Origin: Chiloscyllium plagiosum
Lineage: Eukaryota
Assembly: GCF_004010195.1 (NCBI RefSeq)
Contig: NC_057718.1
Span: forward strand, 23,342,637-23,406,636
Direction of reading: 5' to 3'
DNA: 64,000 bases
The position numbers were made by a program, and so were the translations under genes. Below are positions 1-12,410 of this stretch, one piece after another. Each line of letters opens with the position of its first letter. Position 1 is the first letter of the stretch. The notes under the pieces were generated by a model. That model worked only from the letters and a program-made list of their open reading frames with translations. It had not been told where the DNA came from and made no database searches.

Positions 1-2620
1 TACATTAGCAGGTAGGGCATTCCACGCCCTTACCACTCTCTGCGTAAAGAACCTGCCTCTGACATCTGTCTTAAATCTATCACCCCTCAATTTGTAGTTA
101 TGTCCCCTCGTACAAGCTGACGTCATCATCCTAGGAAAAAGACTATCACTGTCTACCCTATCTAATCCTCTGATCATCTTGTATGCCTCGTTGAAATCCC
201 CTCTTAGCCTTCTTCTTTCCAATGAGAACAGACCCAAGTCTCTCAGCCTTTCCTCATAAGGCATTCCCTCCAGATCAGACAACATCCTGGTAAATCTCCT
301 CTGCACCTTTTCCAATGCTTCCACATCCTTCCCGAAATATGGGGACCAGAACCGTACACAATATTTCAAGTGTGGCCGCACCAGCGTTTTGTATAGTTTC
401 AGCATGATATCGTGGCTCCGGAACTCAATCCCTCCACAAATGAAGCCTAACACACCGTATGCCTTAACAGCACTATCCACCTGGGTGGCAACTTTCAGGG
501 ATCTATGTACATGGACTCCAAGATCCCTCTGCACATCCACACTACCAAGAATCTTTCTATTGACCCAGTACTCTGCCTTCCTATTATTCTTCCCAAAGTG
601 CATCACCTCACATTTAGCTGCATTGAACTCCATTTGCCACCTCTCAGCCCAATTCTGCAGTTTATCCAAGTTCCTCTGCAACCTGTAACATTCTTCCAAA
701 CTTTCCAGTACTCCACCGACTTTAGTGTCATCTGCAAATTTACTAATCCATTCACCTATGCCTGCATCTATTCTCCATCAACCACCACTCGCTGACTTCT
801 TTCAGAAATCCAGTTTCTAATCCAAACTGCTAAGTCACCTTCAATTCCATGCCTCTGCATTTTCTACAATAGCCTACCATGTGGAACCTTTTCAAAGGCT
901 TTACTGAAGACCATGTATACCATGTCAACTGCCCTACCCCTATCTACATGCTTGGTCACCTTCTCAAAAAACTCAATGATGTTTGTGAGATCCGACCTGC
1001 CCTTGACGAAACCATGTTGACTATCTGAAATTAAATTGTTACTTGCGAGATGATTCTAAGTCTAATATCTTATAATCCTTTCCAAAACCTTTCCTACAAC
1101 AGAAGTAAGGCTCACTGGTCTATAATAACCTGGGTCATCTCTATTGCCCTTCTTGAACAAGGGCACAACATTTGCAATCCTCCAGTCCTCTGGTACAAAA
1201 CCTGTAGACAATGATGACTCAAATATCAAAGCCAAAGGCTCTGCTATCTCCTCCCTAACTTCCCAGAGAATCCTCGGAGAAATCCCATCCGGCCCGGGGA
1301 CTTGTCTACTTTCACTCCTTCTAGAATTGATAATACCTGTTCGTAACTAACCTCGATCCTTTCTGGTCTAATATCTCGTACCTCATTCTTCTCCTCTACA
1401 ATATTCTCCTTTTCCTGAGTGAAAACCGATGAGAAATGTTCGTTTAATATCTCTCTGATCTCCACAGGGTCCACACTCAACTTCCCATTTCTGTCTTTCA
1501 GTAGCCCTATTCCTACCCTAGTCAACCTTTTATTCCTCACATACTTAAAGAAAGCTTCAGGGTTCTCCTTTATTCTATTTGCTAAAAACTGCTCATGTCT
1601 TCTCTTTGCTCTTCTTAACTCTCCTTTGCTCTTCTTAACTCTCTCTTTAAATCCTTCCTAGCTGATCTATAACTCTCCATCGCCTCATCTGAACCATCTT
1701 GCCTCATCAACATATAAGCCTCCTTCTTCTGCTTAACAAGAGATGCAATTTCTGTAGTAAACCACAGTTCCCTTACCTTATCACTTCCTCCGGCTAACAG
1801 GGACATACCTATCAAGGACACGCAATATCTGTTCCTTAAACCAGCTCCACATTTCTATTGTCTGCATATCCTGCATTTTGCTACCCCATTCTATGCATCC
1901 TAATTCTTGCCTAATTGCACTATAATTGCCCTTGCCCCATCGATAACTCTTGCCCTGTGGCATGTACCTAACCCTTTCTATCGCTAAACTAAACGTATCT
2001 GAATTATGGTCACTCTCTCCAAAATGCTCACCTACAACTAAATCAAGAACCTGGCCTGGTTCATTACCAAGCACCAGATTCAGTGTGGCCTCCCCTCTTG
2101 TGGGCCCTTCGACATACTGTGTCAGGAAACCCTCCTGTACACATTGGACAAAAACTAATCCATCCAACGTACTAGCATTGTAGCATTTCCAGTCAATGTT
2201 GGGGAAGTCCCCCATAATAACCACCCTGTTCCTTTCACTCCTACCCAGAATAATTTTGCCAATCCTCTCTCCTACCTCCCTGGACCTCTGCAAAGGCCTA
2301 TAAAAAACTCCAAGCAGTGTGACCCCTTTCTCCTGTTTCTAACCTCAGTCCACACTTCCTTAGTAGATGAGTCCTCATCAAAAGTTCTCACAGCCATTGT
2401 TATACTATCCTTGACTAACAAGGCCACGCCTCCCCCTCTTTTACCGCCTTGCCTGTTCTTAATGTAAGATCTAAACCCTGGAACCTGCAACATCCATTCC
2501 TCACCCTGCTTTAACCACATCTCCAAAATGGCCACAACATCCAAGTTCCAGGTTTCTATCCATACTACAAGCTCACCTACCTTATTTCAGATACTTCTGG
2601 TGTTGAAATAGACACACTTC
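1..2620 (-). pseudogene. CR1 ORF2 remnant (APE endonuclease plus reverse transcriptase)
   Basis: ORFs 2272-2544 and 1781-2293 carry APE motifs; 1244-1540 has EILNEHFSSVFTQE and DKSPG; the downstream part matches other CR1 RT copies in the window. Confidence 0.9.
1604..1643. repeat. 20-bp tandem duplication inside CR1 ORF2
   Basis: CTTTGCTCTTCTTAACTCTC twice, exact. Confidence 0.9.
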
Positions 2621-2731
2621 AAACCAGCTTGCTGTCTGCCAGCATATTCCTGTGATTGTGAAATCCTGTCCCTGTCCTTCCTACTCTCATCTTCCTGTGC
2701 ACTGCAACTAGGTTCCCTTCCCCCTGCTGAG

Positions 2732-3612
2732 CTACTTTAAACCCATCTGAATAGCACCAGCATATTTCCCACCCAGGATATTCGTACCCCGCTGGTTCAA
2801 GTGAAGACCGTCCTGTCTGTACAGTTCCCACCTTCTCCAGAATGAGCCACAATTACCCAAGTTCCTTAAACCCTTCCTCCTGCACCATCCTTGCAGCCAT
2901 GTGTTCAGCTGATATCTCCCCCTATTCCTTGCCTCACTGTCACGTGGCACGGGTAACAAATCTGAGATGACAACTCTGTTTGTTCTAGCTCTCAGCTTCC
3001 ACCCTAGCTCCCTGAAATCCTGCTATACATCCCTACCCCCCTTTCTACCTATGTCGTTGGTACCTACATGGAGAACAACTTGAGTCTGGTCACCCTCTCC
3101 CTTCAGGACTCTAAAGATAGGATCCGAGACATCACAGACCCTGGCACCTGGGAGGCAACACACCAACCGCGAGTCTCGTTCGCTCCCAACTATCCTTCTA
3201 TCTGACCCTCTAACTATTGAGTCCCCAGTGACTAACACTCTCCTCCTTTCCCTCCTTCCCTTCTGTGCAACAGGGACAAGCTCTGTGTCAGAGACCTGGG
3301 CCCCACTGCATGCCCCTGGTAAGTCATCCCCCTGAACAGTATCCAAAACAGTATATATGTTTTTCAGGGGAACGATCACAGGGGATCCCTCGACTGACTG
3401 TTTTCTCCCCTTCGAACAGTCACCCATCTTTCCCAGTAACTCTTATCTATCACAGCCTCTGCCTCCCGAATGTTCTGAAGTTCATCCAGTTCCCGCTCCA
3501 GTTCCCTAACACGGTCTTGGAGGAGCGAGAGTTGGGTGCACTTCCTGCAGATGTACTTGGATGGGACACTAATGGCGTCCCTCACCTCAAACATCATACA
3601 GGAGGAACATTG
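2732..3612 (-). pseudogene. CR1 ORF1 remnant (zinc finger, leucine zipper, SGNH/GDSL esterase)
   Basis: ORF-track pieces 3376-3597, 3023-3427 and 2732-2959 give GDS, GTND and DGLH esterase blocks in order; CxxC-x16-CxxC at the N-terminus. Confidence 0.88.
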
Positions 3613-3914
3613 CTCTCACAAAATAAAAAAGAAGAGACGCTTACCTGATATGCCCCTGGTCTTTAAGGTTAGAGGAGGTGGTTGGGTGGGAAGCCCTACA
3701 AGGATAGGGTCTCAGGTTGAGAAAACACTGACTTATATAGCTGGATGGAAATAAAAATAAGAAGTCCCTCCTTTCCCAGAAACCTCTGCTCTCTGACTTC
3801 AAATTTAAAAGCACAAATCAGTGACTCACTACTCCCAGCAGGCCCCTGGTCCAAGATCCCACCCTTTGAGTTGCTGCTGCCACTGGAAAACAGAAAACAG
3901 AAATAGGCCAGATA

Positions 3915-4100
3915 ATAGTGAACCAAATGGGTTTTTCCAACAATCGATTAATAGACCATGATTAGACTCTTAATTCCAGATTTTCTTATAAATTGAATGC
4001 AAATTCCACCATGGGATTCAAACCCAGGTCCCCAGAACTTTACCTGATTCTCTAGGTTACAGACCAGCAATAATACCACTGTACCATCATCTCCCCTCCA
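3915..4100 (-). mobile_element. 5' half of a tRNA-derived SINE (same family as 15281-15621)
   Basis: Reverse complement matches the head of the 15281 copy (AGTGGTATTATTGCT...TTCTGGGGAC...GGGTTTGAATCCCA). Confidence 0.75.
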
Positions 4101-4984
4101 TTACCCAGTCTTACTGCAGTAGAACCTGACTATCAGAGTTCACTCCCTTTTTTACACAAACATAGACTCAAAACACGTTTGGGTTGATCCTAAGTTTGAA
4201 ATGCACTGGAAACTTGATGTCCGGCAATGTTATCATTTGGCATTTCCAAAATCTCTGTTTCACAGGGTTCTGTGAGCTGGGCAACTGCCTTTTGGAAATT
4301 CCAAACCTTCCCAGGCAACTCTCACGTAAGCCTTGCATTAAGATTTCTTAGGGGCCCGTCGTACCTCTTGAGAGGGATAGGGAGGGGTGAAGGTTTGATC
4401 GGGGTGAAGCTGAGATCCAGGAGAACATCTCTTCTCATCCAGAGGCCTAAAGGTCTGGATCATTCTCATCGATAAAATCTCATTCAATACATTTAAGTCC
4501 CTTCAACTCCTTAATCCTCATAAAAATAAAGACTTATATTCATAGGCACACAGCAAATAATTTTTTGGAGCTGTCAAATAAACTGTGAACTTACAGGCCA
4601 TCATTGAGATAATAATTGAAGTATTCAAGAGTTGCTAATATAATGACAGCATGTGCTGTCGGGTTTACTCATCTGTCAACAAACAGCTATTGAAATTAGA
4701 AATACCATTTTTTAAAATGAGAGGCAAAGTACTTAAAGAATGGGAATTTACATCACTGGCAGCTTCACAATTCCATTTATCTTATCTAACTTTTAAATAA
4801 GTTTATTTTTGTTGTATTATGTGTATTCTTAAGAAGTCATGCACCCTACAAAACAAATCTTCCTCCAGCAAAATCCAATCTGTTTAAACTCCATACAAGT
4901 TCAATGGAGCAAGATTTCTGGATCCAGGATTGTGACACCATTTTAGACAAGGTATGGACTCTCCACATTGTTATGAAAATTTAG

Positions 4985-5110
4985 GGCCTGGTCTGGCCTA
5001 TGTGACTCAGGCCCCAAATATAGGTTGCTCTTCATTGTCCTCTGAAATGGCCGAGCAAACAATTCAGCTAAGGGTAATGTGGAGTGGGTAATTAATTCCT
5101 GCCCTGAAAA
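4985..5110 (+). mobile_element. 3' fragment of the same SINE family
   Basis: CCTGGTCTGGCCTATGTGACTC...CCTCTGAAATGGCC resembles 15485-15560. Confidence 0.55.
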
Positions 5111-5959
5111 TCATTTCCACTAACACAAAGCTGTCTTCCAAACAACCAAGCAGCCCTTTCACACCTCCCTTTGTCTGGCATCAATTCACATCTTCCCACT
5201 TCTTGTGACAAAATTGGAAGACCCACATGCCTGCAAGCAACAATTTGGGAAGGACTCAAATGTTCTGCAAAACAGTAATATTTATGTTGGTCACAAGTAA
5301 AACAGTAAGTTAATATTCTAAGAATATCTTATATTGAAGATAGATTGTAGTCATGGTGAGAAGTTAATGTTAGACTTTAAACTCTCAGCTGCCTGGGGAT
5401 GCTCCTTTGATACTTTGATTATTGTTAAACGAAACATGGGCCTAAAATGATCTTATCCCAAAGATGTGTAAAATTTGTATCATAATTTGGAAAATAGCTT
5501 GAGTCACAATAAAGGCTCCTTCTAAATACAAACTCTTCCCACATTTAATAACTCAGCGAAAGCAAGTGTGGGAAATTGCAGGCAGGAACATGAAGCTATG
5601 ATGAACATAACCATGTTTCAAGGGCTTTGATTATCGCCTGACAGTAGTTGCTTGAGCAATCTCTAGATTGAAAGGCATTCTTCCATCAAGATAAAATCTG
5701 TTTCAGTCCTTCAGTTTTAATTCCCTCAGTTCCTAATGTTCACAGTAATCTATTTAACATCTTGCTCATTATTTCCCTATGAGATCTGCTGGCCAATTAA
5801 GTATGAAATCTTAAGTATAACATTAACTGTATCCATGCGGCATGCATATCCAAACAGTTATTTTCAATTCAATTGCATTGGGACTGAATGTAGATGCTTC
5901 TTTGTTCATGCTATTTGTGCTGTGTAATTTTAAGCTGCCCATATCCCAATAGAAGCATA

Positions 5960-6400
5960 GTCCTGCTCACCCGTCACCCATACTGACTGACCTACACTGG
6001 TTCCTAGTTAAGCAATGCCTGATTTTAAATTCTAAAATTGCAAAGCCTTCCATGGCCAACCTTTGTAAATTGTCAGTCCCACAATGTTTTGAGATGTCTT
6101 TTTGCTCTGCTATTTCTACCCTCTTGGTCATTTTCCTGTTTTAATTCTTTGATCATTGATAGTCTTACCATCAACCACAAGGGCTTTGAGCTCTGGAACT
6201 TCTTTCATAAATCTTTCCATCTCTTGAAACATCCTAATTCCTTTAAGATACTCCTTTAAACCGACCTGCATCACCAAGCTTTTGATTATCTGTGCTGTAC
6301 TCTCCTAACATGGTTCAGTGTCAAATTTTATTCTGAAGCATTTCTTGTGAAGTACCTTGGCAACTTTAATAAACTCAGTACACTCAAATGCAAATTGTCA
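5960..6400 (+). mobile_element. Ancient L2-clade LINE 3' fragment
   Basis: 5977 onward translates PILTDLHWFLVKQCL, resembling the L2 ORF2 C-terminal motif PVLxxLHWLPV; a decayed L2-like 3'UTR follows. Confidence 0.7.
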
Positions 6401-8324
6401 TTTGGCATAAAGAAAGCAATTTAACTGACTTTGTACAGTGAGATCAATTAGATAAACAGAACAAATTCATTCCTAACAGTGCCGTGTCTGAATAGAGAGT
6501 TATAGCTATTGCAGGTATGGTCTTGTGACACACTGGGTGTTGGATATATTTGAATCCATCAACTATATTATGTTAAAAAGAAATGTTTTGAAAGTATGGA
6601 TGTTAGTTTCCCTATAGATTAAACACATGTGATAAGGATATACCAAAACGCAAAATTAAACAGCACCTTTAATACATTCCCAAGGCTTTTCACTGACATA
6701 TGATCAGATAAGCATTCACACCTAACCAAAGAAGGAGCAATATAAAATGAATTCTAAAAATCTTCAATAAATTTCTAAAGCAGAATGTAGGAAGTGCTGT
6801 GGTAATCTGTTAAGAGTTCCTGAAAATTTTCTATCGTTTACTTCAGTGCTTTGAAAGTGTGCTTTTAAAATCTTTATTTGCTACAGTTTCTTGTGTGCAT
6901 AAGTACGGAGTCTCAGAGCCTGTCCTATCTAGAGTGTAATGCAGAACACAGAACATAATCTGCATAATACTGATTGTGAATCCCATATGTGCAGCTCCTA
7001 GTGTCAGATAATGAGTGTATGATAGTTGATGTATCAGACTAATATCAGCACAATTCACTTCTCCCACTGTCTAGCTTTCTTTTGAGTCTCAGTATCCATC
7101 ACAGGGAATACAAGCATTTCAAAAACTGCTTGGTATTTGTCTAAAATTAACACAGTCACAGTATATTTAGAATATTGAATTTTTTTGTGTGCATTCAAGT
7201 AAATTTTTACTGCAAGTTTTAATTAGTTGTTCAGCTCTACACATTGTTTTGGATTGTACTAACGTTCATACATTGCTTTGAAATAATCACAACTCCTGAA
7301 ATGTAAGTAGGCCGCAGATTGCCACCACACTCCTGGACATGGGTTGTCAAACAGACTCGGGGATATTATTGTTGAATCAAATTAATTTTGAAATTGAACA
7401 AATTTGTACTGTTATGTGGCTGAAATAGATCAAAATACAATGGCAGTCATTCAACCGACTCAGCACATCCTTTCACCAAAGCCTATAATCCTTCCATAAT
7501 ATCATCTGAATTCTTCTCGAACGATTTCAGTGACATTTCCATCACTTCCTGACCCAGATGATAATTCCAAGTCTTAATCACGTTCAACTTTATGTCCAGA
7601 GTTTTTGCTTCACTAATTTGACCCCTAGTCCCATTGCCACAATATAGTTTGAATGACTACTCAGATTTAGCCTCCTGTATTTGTAGATATGTTAAACATT
7701 TCTGTAAGGTTTTCTTTCATCCATCTTCTTCCAAGTCTAAGTTCTTCACGTTTTATTCAGTAATTTGATCCTGGGGATCAGTATGGTGTCATCACTTAAA
7801 GGCGCCAGTTCCTTCCCTTGGGCATTGGAGTCAGGAACTGAATATACTGCCAAAGTTGGAGCTTATCTAGTTTTGCTATGATCTGGTATGCAACTTTCTT
7901 TAAGTCCTTTCTACATTTTTAAAGGCTTTGTTCACTGTTGTGACCAAAATTACCTCATAAATACATTTGTAAGGAATTTTCAGGTAGCTTATTAAGTTTG
8001 TTCAGTAAAAGCAGTTTAGATAGAAAGCATTAATCGATTAGAGAAAAGAAATATGTAACCACCATGATTGACTGATATCAGAGAACAACCTGGCTGTTAA
8101 CACAGAATGGATTGATCTGATTAAAATTGTGAAGACAGCATGCTGCTCTCTGAAGTGTTAGGGAACTCCTCTCTGAGTCTTTCCTCAACCTCTCCTGATC
8201 CGTCTTTTCACCTGAAGAAGTCAGCTTCCTGACAAGGGCTGCCACCGACAAGGATTGTTTGGCCATATGGTAGGCCTAGGGCGGGAACTCCAGGCATCAT
8301 CGAAGCTGCGGCAGCAGTACAGCC

Positions 8325-8820
8325 GGGGTCTCCTGACTGTGGTAGCCCCCAATCCAGAGACTCCTGACTGTGATAGGCCCAGAGGCAGGGACTCCTGACT
8401 GTGATGGGCCCAGAGTTGAAGACTCCTGGCTGAGGTAGGCCCAGAGATGCGGACTCCTGACTGTGGTAGGTTCAGAGATGCGGACTCCTGGCTGTGGTAG
8501 GCCCAGAGGTGGGGTCTCCTGACAGTGGTAGGCCCAGAGGCGGGGACCCCTGACTGAGGTAGGCCCAGAGGCAGGACTCCTGACTGTGGTAGGCCCATTG
8601 GCGGGGACTCGTGCTTTTTGGCAAGGTGGTGGTGGCAGCCCATGATTGTGGTAGGTTCGGAGCAAGGACTCCTGGTTGTTGTAGGCCTGGAGCGAGGACT
8701 CCTGGTTATCAGTGAAGTGATGGTGGCAGCTCCTGATTATGTGTGGTAGGCCCGGAGATGGGGACTCCTGGTTATCGGCAAGGTGGCAGTGGCACTGGAC
8801 CTGGAGCCTCCTGGTTGTAG
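8325..8820. repeat. 31-bp GC-rich minisatellite with degenerate higher-order tail
   Basis: CTCCTG anchor (two copies with one mismatch) at 8330, 8361, 8392, 8423, 8454, 8485, 8516, 8547, 8577, 8608; consensus GGGGACTCCTGACTGTGGTAGGCCCAGAGGC. Confidence 0.93.
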
Positions 8821-9125
8821 GGCGAGAGTGAGTCCAACATGGCACTTGCATTGGCAGCCTGTTGGTGAGGTGAGCCCAGCGATGAAGCAATGGTGCATGT
8901 AGAGTGGCGAATCCTACGTTGGTGGGTCCAGCGCAGGGTATAGTGAGGAGGTAGAGAGGGGAGGCGGCACAGAACTCAGTATTTATGATGGTGGCAGTGC
9001 AATGAAGATGGACTCTCTTTCTGCTATACCTTTTCATTGTGGCAACAGTTGAAGATTTTCACTTCTTTTTGCTGTCTTGTTTATTGTCAAGTGCAAATGA
9101 TAATAAGTCATCATTCATTCATTCA

Positions 9126-9240
9126 AGTGCTGGAGAAACTCAGCAGGTCTGGCAGCACCTGTGGAGAGAAAACCAGAGTTAACATTTCGAGTCTGGTGAC
9201 ATGTTATTGGAATTGAACTGCATTCTGATGAAGGGTCACT
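9126..9240. mobile_element. Truncated Penelope-like fold-back element (family C)
   Basis: GCTGGAGAAACTCAGCAGGTCTGGCAGCA...GAGTTAACATTTCGAG is homologous to 28512-28614; ends in CTGATGAAGGGTCAC, the start of the inverted hammerhead copy. Confidence 0.7.
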
Positions 9241-9650
9241 ATAGTGTAATTGTCTTGGTAATCTAGAAGCCTTGACTAAGCCTGTGGGGTCACTACTTCA
9301 AATCCTGACTATTCAGCGAGTGGAATTTATATTTATATTCATGATTTTATTAATTGTGACCTTGAAACAATCATTATTTGTTATAAATATACATCAGGTT
9401 CAGTAATATCCTCTTAGTGAAGGAAATCTGCCATCCTTACCTTGTCTGACCTATATGTGAATTAGGACCCACACAATATGGTAGGCTGATCAGTATCCTG
9501 TAAAATGGTCTACCAATCCATGAGTTACACCCAGCAATTACAGAAAAGTCTAATTACTCTAGATATCTCTCCACCATTTTCTCAAGGTCAGTTCAGGATG
9601 TGGAACAGATGCTAGATTTGCCTGCAATATTCACCTCCCCCTAAGAATAA
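9241..9650 (+). mobile_element. Decayed tRNA-derived SINE (family of 15281-15621)
   Basis: GAAGGAAATCTGCCATCCTTACC...GACCCAC core shared with 15467-15530. Confidence 0.65.
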
Positions 9651-10570
9651 GGAAAAGTGAGGTAAACCACAAGAGTTAAGCTGTGGCTAAATGTCAAATG
9701 TTGAATGCTACAGTAAAGTTAAGGTGAATTGGGAAGGTTACAAACTGAAAGAATCATCTTTGAATTATTCAGCAGTTGCAATAGTAAATCAACAATTGGG
9801 TTATCAGTGAACCTTTATGACATATCTCCTAGTCCTGTTATAGGCAATCTGAGAACTTGCAAAGGACTGTCCATCAGGGTATTATACAGAAGAAAGGACA
9901 CACAGATAGGGAGAATTTAAAGTAGCTCACTAATGATGTCTCCAGCCAGACCACTGAGCTTTGAAAATTAGGTCAGAAAGCTAAAGTTATCTCTCTCAAA
10001 AGGGGAAACAAAAGATAATTAAGATGTAAGTTTTATATACAGCAATACAGAAATCTATAACGTGAATAAAGGGAAGTTTTCTTAGAAAATCAGGGAATCT
10101 GACTAAACTGAATAAACCCAAAATTAAATATAGCCTGTGGAATATTGATTTGCAGAAGATGATGTTGGCTGAAATGAGGAATACTGAATCAATAATGCAT
10201 TCAATTGGAAATTGGATAAATTCTTCATTCAGCAGTGTAAAATGACATGCATGTCAGCAGTAAATGATTTTTTTTAACATTAAATGATACAAGTTCCAAT
10301 AGAAGAGTAGATTTGATCCATCCGGATAGAATGAATGACATTTTACTGTTACAATATTCTTAGTGTTTCATACTGCATCAGTCTGAGGTTTTAATAATTC
10401 AATTCAGCAATTAATTTGCTAATTGTCACTCTTGTAAGAATAGAAATTTTTTATGCTAGAACTCGCTTTATCTCATCGTCGCTGGTTTAAATTCATAACA
10501 GCATTTCAGAAACATATCCCCTACACGCACTATCGTGGTTGAAAAAGATGGCTCATCCCGCTGCCTCAAG

Positions 10571-11193
10571 TGCTAGGGACCAGACAAACCCCTTCAAAAT
10601 ATATTAAGGAGATAGCTTAGACTCTACTTTTTCTTATGTAAGTATAAGGCATTGCTTTCCAGATGCAATTCAATTGGTCAAACTGCTCAATGTTAAGCAA
10701 AATACATTTTATGTTTATCCTACAATTAAAATGCAGACAAAAAAGAATTAAAATTTAAGAATTTGTTTGAAATGCTTAACAAGATAACATATATTAACTA
10801 TTACTAATTAACTGTTCCACTATAGTAACATCCCATAAACACACTCTTGGCAAAGGGAAATTCAGTAAAATAGATTGTCTCACATACAACTCTAGCAGCA
10901 GGAAGAGAACCCTAGCTTTTAGCTGTAACAGGGAGAGGAAAAAGAGCTTCCACATCCAGCTTCAAGACCCTGGCAACTGCTGAAACTAAAACTAAAAACC
11001 CTGGTTCTGTGGGAACTTGACCCCACCCATTCAGGCTGCTTCTATTGTTCCAGCTTCAAAAAATAGGCCCAAGACCTCACGAGCTGTTTACTCCTTTGGC
11101 TTTCAGCAGATTGCTTGCTGCCTCTGTCTCAACCTTTCTTCATAAAAAAACACCAGGACAAAATACACCTCTTAAAGCCATAGAATTGTCACA
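10571..11193. mobile_element. Solo LTR (623 bp), probably Gypsy/ERV type
   Basis: TG...CA termini flanked by CAAG at 10567-10570 and 11194-11197; interrupts a LINE-tail-like sequence that rejoins across the insertion. Confidence 0.75.
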
Positions 11194-11503
11194 CAAGGCA
11201 ATGAGAGCTACACAATAAATATTGACTTTGCTAATACCACTCATAATGCAAGAAAGGAAGAAGCAAAATGTAAGAACAGCTCCTCAATAGGTTTTACAGC
11301 TGATCCACATTTATTTCAGCTCCTTAATAAGGTTAATAGCTGATCCACACTTACTTCTGGGTTTCAGTTAGCTCAGTTGGCTGGACAGTCTGAATGCTGA
11401 GTGGCTTGGACGGGTACTTGCAGGAGATGGTGTTCCCATGAATCTGCTAACCTTGCCCTGATAGATGGTAGTAGCCATGGTTTTGGAAGGTGCTGTCTAC
11501 CTC

Positions 11504-11620
11504 GTTAAAAATCACACAACACCAGGTTATAGTCCAACAGGTTTAACTGGAAGCACTAGCTTTCGGAGCACTGCTGCTTCATCAGATGGTTGTGATTGTG
11601 GAGTGGTGCTCCAAAAGCTG
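11504..11620 (-). mobile_element. Penelope-like hammerhead element, family A (one arm plus remnant of the second)
   Basis: Matches 20546-20633; minus-strand core CTGATGA-A-GCAGC-AGT-GCTCC-GAAA-GC-TA at 11554-11588. Confidence 0.8.
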
Positions 11621-12008
11621 TCCATGTGGTGTTGCAGTTGTTCTTCTGAGTGTGTTGCCAGTGCCGCGTCGTCTGTAAACAACATGTCCTTGATGAGTAC
11701 TTCATGAACTTAGTTTTCGCCCTCAGTCGGGACAGACTGAACAGCCTCCCTGTCCGATCTGGTGAGGAGTGAGACATCATCAATTGATGCTACAAAGGCG
11801 TGTTTCAACATGACTGTGAAGAAGATGCACACAGCCCTGCTTCACACCACTGTGAATGTTGAAGACCTCTGATGAAGAGCTGTCACACTGAATGATGCCT
11901 TTCATGACTGAACTATCTTGAGGAGCTCAGGGGACAACCAATCCTGGTGAGGATTGTGAACAGGCCATCTCTGCTCACAACATCGAAGGCTTTCATGAGG
12001 TCAATGAA
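11617..12008 (-). mobile_element. RTE-clade LINE reverse-transcriptase fragment
   Basis: Manual minus translation: FIDLMKAFDVVSR ... SSEVFNIHSGVKQGCV ... GRLFSLSRLRAKTK ... VLIKDMLFTDDAALATHSEE; frameshifted. Confidence 0.85.
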
Positions 12009-12011
12009 TCA

Positions 12012-12160
12012 AAGCCTCTCATGGTTTATAAACCTCTGTAAGGTCACCCCTCAACCTCCTACGCTCCAGTGAAAAAGCTCCCAGCCTTTCTTCATAACTT
12101 AAACCCTCCAGTCCTGGTAACATCCTTGTAAATCTGTTCTGAATCCTCTCAATATAATAA
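12012..12160 (-). mobile_element. CR1 3' fragment
   Basis: Antisense of the LFSLERRRLRGDL-coding region. Confidence 0.75.
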
Positions 12161-12410
12161 TTTTTGTGATGGTTTGTTGTTCAGACTCAAGACACACAGG
12201 TAGCAAGCCAAACCAAATCAGCCTTTTATCACAGGATTTGCAACACAATGAAATCAAAATATTCCATGATCCTGAAAATTTGCCAAATTGTTCAGAACCA
12301 GGAGCTGGTTCTATGAATAGTAAAGCTTGGACACCAAGTTTTTAATTTAAATAAAAATTAACAATTTAGTATTAATACTATAACTTTAGCAGGTTAAAGT
12401 AAAAGATAAT

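Larger units (their letters stand above)
1..3890 (-). mobile_element. Near-full-length decayed CR1-clade LINE (3' end runs off the window start)
   Basis: Minus-strand order: 5'UTR; ORF1 with CSSC...CRKC zinc finger and leucine zipper (3376-3612) and SGNH esterase motifs (VLVTGDSIVR, CCLPGARV, VVLHVGTNDIG, DGLHLN); ORF2 APE (RQGGKRGGGVALLVK, VIMGDFPNIDW, GESDHN); then RT and C-terminal region. Many stops, frameshifts and deletions. Confidence 0.93.

Noticed and set aside
8211..8240. CTGAAGA-A-GTCAG-CTTC-CTGAC as another hammerhead
   Set aside because: A hairpin is present, but it is followed by AAGGG rather than GAAA-NN-TH.
8325..8610. Regularly spaced ~31-bp repeats as a CRISPR array
   Set aside because: Units are directly tandem with no unique spacers, there are no cas genes, and the context is vertebrate-like.
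8221..9037. 246-aa and 140-aa minus-strand ORFs as genes
   Set aside because: They arise from a stop-poor 31-bp repeat; the unit is not a multiple of 3, so the same peptides rotate through all frames.
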